Positions 1 to 1,275 of a stretch of 1,275 nucleotides of DNA are shown here, one piece after another. Made by a program: the position numbers and the translations under genes. The stretch is from Naegleria gruberi (lineage: Eukaryota): the NCBI GenBank assembly GCA_000004985.1, contig GG739461.1; one strand, given 5' to 3'. Each line of letters begins with the position of its first letter. Position 1 is the stretch's first letter. The notes under the pieces were generated by a model, which did not search any database, was not told the origin of the DNA, and was given only the letters and a program-made list of their open reading frames with translations.

Positions 1-1
1 A

Positions 2-363
2 GACCTGGCCAACCAAGTCATCTCTGAAAATGCTTCATTTGTTGTCCTGGTCGTTCAGAACCTCTTCGTGGGCCAGGTGGTTACTTGGCAGTGATTGAAA
101 TGATGAGAAGTGGCTTCTCTGATGTGCAGTGGGCTCTGGATGAGATGGTTGCGGAGGAAAACAAAGTGGCTGCACGATTTACCATGACTGGCACACATGA
201 CGGTGTGTTTATGGGAATTCCAGCAAGTGGAAAGAATATTTGTGTGAAAGCCTCAAATTTTTACACGTTGGAAAATGGTCAGATTGTTGAAGAGTATGGC
301 CAACCTGATTTATTGTCGTTGTTGCAACAAATCGGTGCCATCCCACCAGCCAAATTGATTTAG
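2..363 (+). pseudogene. Alternative reading of the same locus: a full ester cyclase gene whose N-terminal segment (frame 2, window edge to about 43) is separated from its C-terminal segment (frame 1, about 40 to 363) by an apparent 1-nt frameshift. The 5' end lies beyond the window.
   Basis: Frame 2 (2..91) reads DLANQVISENASFVVLVVQNLFVGQVVTWQ* and then hits a TGA at 92-94. Its first 14 residues resemble the family segment '...DLDALDELVAxDFV(DH)...', which precedes the Pro/Gly loop. Frame 1 resumes that loop at about 46 (PGRSEPLRGPGGYL) and then continues into the conserved core. The frame junction therefore lies in 'tttgttgtcctgg' (38-50). Confidence 0.4.
85..363 (+). CDS. SnoaL-like ester cyclase family protein (NTF2-like fold), C-terminal portion. 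The N-terminus appears displaced into another frame, so the gene is probably frameshifted or truncated.
   Basis: The frame-1 ORF given by the track starts at the TTG at 85. The translation contains the hallmark 'ARFTMTGTHDGVFMGIPASGKNI...ENGQIVEEYGQPDLLSLLQQIGAIPP'. From memory this matches the conserved core of COG5485/SnoaL-like ester cyclases, roughly '...VVARxTxRGTHxGEFMGIPPTGKxV...DGKIVExWGxxDxLGLxQQLGxIP'. The frame stays open and still looks homologous back to base 28 (CCPGRSEPLRGPGGYLAVIEMM). Frame 1 has a TGA at 25-27. An AGGTGG motif at 75-80 sits 4 nt before the TTG at 85, and in-frame ATGs lie at 100 and 103. GC is about 45% by hand count. Confidence 0.7.
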   Translation: MAVIEMMRSGFSDVQWALDEMVAEENKVAARFTMTGTHDGVFMGIPASGKNICVKASNFYTLENGQIVEEYGQPDLLSLLQQIGAIPPAKLI

Positions 364-398
364 AATAGCTCTTATAACTAGTGATAATCTACAACCTG

Positions 399-407
399 TA
401 TAAAAAG
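399..407 (+). promoter_or_regulatory. TATA-box-like element TATAAAAAG in the downstream region of the ester cyclase gene. Its function is uncertain.
   Basis: The sequence is 'tgTATAAAAAGtgg', a perfect TATAAAA(A/G) match, about 37 nt after the ORF1 stop. It lies about 570 nt upstream of the next ATG. That is too far for a simple core promoter unless the TSS or leader is long. It could instead belong to a yeast-type 3'-end signal (TAYRTA-like / A-rich). If the organism is bacterial it is only a -10-like AT hexamer. Confidence 0.2.
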
Positions 408-770
408 TGGAAAATTCTCGACTTTCAAATTGGTTGAAGAAACGAACCAGCTCTACCACAAGCTTGTTTGCATAAACTATTTGAATAGAAAGGTGAGAAA
501 CCTCAAATTACTACAGTCTTAAGGTGTTTGTGTCCAAAGCTAAAGTTGAAGTGGGTTTCAATTAGTCAAAAATAAAATATTCCAAATGAAGCCTATTATT
601 GTTAATTTTCCAAATATAATATTGCAAATCTGATCATTGTAAAGCCTTATCTAAATGTTGTTTCAGAGAATCAATTGTCAATCAGTGACTCTGATAATTT
701 ACCATCCTCTCTGGTGAAATATGAAAATGAGGAAATTCAACAATTGCTTTCTAAATTGACCTCCATTTGT

Positions 771-838
771 AAGGAGGACAAGCAAGGAGGAGGCTTATGC
801 TGCATCTCATTGTTGCTATTTCAAAGGATGGAGATTAA
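771..838 (+). promoter_or_regulatory. Tandem Shine-Dalgarno-like motifs followed by a 13-codon mini-ORF. This is a candidate RBS plus leader peptide or small ORF only if the host is bacterial.
   Basis: AAGGAGGA at 771-778 and AAGGAGGAGG at 784-793. ATG at 797, 6 nt after the AGGAGG at 785-790. The ORF spans 797..838 and encodes MLHLIVAISKDGD*. Nothing else supports it. Confidence 0.15.
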
Positions 839-883
839 AGTTGACTTTGTAAACATATTTGAACTTGAACAACTTACAATCTA

Positions 884-972
884 AAAATAAATACAAGACC
901 AACTTTAAATAAATTTTCAGTCACCAATCAAAACAATTCAATTTTCAAAAAGAAAACAATAATAATAACAAA
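884..972 (+). promoter_or_regulatory. Putative promoter and 5' leader region for the 973.. ORF. An AT-rich TATA-like 'ATAAATA' sits at about 887-893, followed by an A-rich, nearly G-free leader.
   Basis: The motif 'taaaaataaataca' lies 80-90 nt upstream of the ATG. Bases 921-972 contain a single G in 52 nt and are dominated by A/C/T. This is characteristic of fungal or yeast 5' leaders and inconsistent with an SD-dependent bacterial start. A weak sigma70-like reading exists: TTGAAC 865-870, then 17 nt, then TAAATA 888-893, which matches only 3 of 6 positions of the -10 consensus. Confidence 0.3.
958..966 (+). repeat. (AAT)3 trinucleotide microsatellite immediately upstream of the 973 ATG.
   Basis: 'caat aat aat aac aaa ATG', a perfect three-unit AAT repeat followed by AAC. 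Confidence 0.3.
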
Positions 973-1275
973 ATGTGTGGACATTCAAAAAGACGTAGTG
1001 GATTTGTTCGTTATGGACTGGCCCGATCAGGAAAAGTAAAACTCACAAATGATCCAGTGCTTGCTAATCAGGACAATAGCTCTGATGATAAGAAAATTTC
1101 AAAATATTCACAAAGGAATATCAGAAAGCAATATGAAAAAGTTTCTAATAGAAAAGAAGAGGAAGTAGTTCAATTAACAATTGAAAAATTCGAGTTCGGA
1201 TTAGAAAAACAAGTTTATAATGAAATGAAGGACAAGTTTTATCATCAAACTTATTCGAATGGCAAGAATCATAAA
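973..1275 (+). CDS. Hypothetical lysine/arginine-rich hydrophilic protein, N-terminal 101 codons. It continues beyond the 3' edge of the window.
   Basis: ATG at 973-975 in frame 1. I checked by hand that no stop occurs through 1275. The frame is open from 913, after the TAA at 910-912, and 973 is the first ATG. Translation: MCGHSKRRSGFVRYGLARSGKVKLTNDPVLANQDNSSDDKKISKYSQRNIRKQYEKVSNRKEEEVVQLTIEKFEFGLEKQVYNEMKDKFYHQTYSNGKNHK. It has about 22 K/R and about 13 D/E residues, no hydrophobic segment, and no motif I recognise. The ORF is absent from the supplied track, probably because it lacks an in-window stop. No SD lies upstream. The context is A-rich (acaaaATGt, A at -3). Confidence 0.5.
   Translation, partial: MCGHSKRRSGFVRYGLARSGKVKLTNDPVLANQDNSSDDKKISKYSQRNIRKQYEKVSNRKEEEVVQLTIEKFEFGLEKQVYNEMKDKFYHQTYSNGKNHK

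Noticed and set aside
1-21. Minus-strand ATG (complement of 19-21). Its frame stays open to the left window edge, reading MTWLARS....
   Set aside because: Only 7 codons are visible. It overlaps the antisense strand of the ester cyclase N-terminal region. There is no way to assess it from this window.
431-449. Possible stem: tggtt-(9 nt)-aacca, downstream of the ester cyclase stop.
   Set aside because: The stem is 5 bp and weak, with no U-tract. It is not a credible intrinsic terminator.
459-466. Palindromes: caagcttg (459-466), and also gaattc at 224-229, tgatca at 632-637 and caattg at 672-677 and 740-745.
   Set aside because: These are short restriction-site-like palindromes at chance frequency, with no flanking repeat architecture.
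656-666. Polypyrimidine-CAG strings resembling 3' splice sites: tgttgtttcag at 656-666 and ttttcag at 914-920. A gtaagg 5' splice-like string lies at 769-774.
   Set aside because: There is no coherent exon structure or branch-point (TACTAAC) partner. An intron cannot rescue the ester cyclase frame break either, because the two frames abut with no room for one. Chance occurrences are likely in AT-rich sequence.
681-695. Small hairpin: atcag-tgact-ctgat, with a 5-bp stem and a 5-nt loop.
   Set aside because: It is too short, AT-rich and not followed by a T-run. Such hairpins are expected by chance in AT-rich DNA.
675-884. Track ORF of 69 codons. It has a TTG start. The translation is MSISDSDNLPSSLVKYENEEIQQLLSKLTSICKEDKQGGGLCCISLLLFQRMEIKVDFVNIFELEQLTI.
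   Set aside because: It has a TTG start with no credible RBS, only a weak AGAGAA 4 nt upstream. The first in-frame ATG is at 828, leaving 18 codons. The ORF lies in 30% GC sequence where stop-free runs of this length are not unexpected. Its composition is low-complexity, and no recognisable motif is present. Most likely a chance ORF or a gene remnant.
841-893. Sigma70-like hexamers: TTGACT 841-846, TTGAAC 865-870, TAAAAT 882-887 and TAAATA 888-893.
   Set aside because: No pair has a proper 16-18 nt spacing with a good -10. TTGAAC to TAAAAT is 11 nt. TTGAAC to TAAATA is 17 nt, but TAAATA matches only 3 of 6 positions of the -10 consensus. AT-rich DNA generates such hexamers freely.
364-972. 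Searched the spacer for a tRNA, a CRISPR repeat or mobile-element ends.
   Set aside because: There is no T-loop (GGTTCGAATCC-like) or cloverleaf. No direct repeats of 20 nt or longer and no terminal inverted repeats were seen by eye. Only 7-8 nt chance repeats occur, such as ttccaaat at 585-592 and 608-615.

Overview
The window holds two plus-strand coding regions separated by about 600 nt of AT-rich sequence (about 30% GC by hand count) that carries no convincing ORF. Nothing here amounts to a novel system.

- **Ester cyclase (1..363):** The region is about 45% GC. Frame 1 (28..363) encodes the C-terminal two-thirds of a SnoaL-like / NTF2-fold 'ester cyclase' family protein, with the family motif GTHDGVFMGIPASGK and a ...LLSLLQQIGAIPP tail. 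The N-terminal part is not in that frame: frame 1 stops at 25-27. Homology to the family N-terminus appears instead in frame 2, where bases 2..43 read DLANQVISENASFV. That points to a single-base indel near 40-48, so either a pseudogene or a sequencing error.
- **Partial ORF (973..1275+):** It runs off the 3' edge. About 32% GC, 101 codons visible. It is Lys/Arg-rich and hydrophilic, and I recognise no family.
- **Spacer:** It contains a TATAAAAA element, an almost G-free A-rich leader before the second ATG, an (AAT)3 microsatellite, and a tandem AAGGAGGA/AGGAGG pair followed by a 13-codon mini-ORF.
- **Taxon is ambiguous:** Some features look eukaryotic or yeast-like: TTG-biased Leu codons, a TATA element, an A-rich leader with A at -3, and neither an SD nor an intrinsic terminator. 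Others look bacterial: a bacterial-type ester cyclase, an AGGTGG motif before the TTG at 85, and AGGAGG motifs in the spacer. I cannot resolve this from sequence alone.
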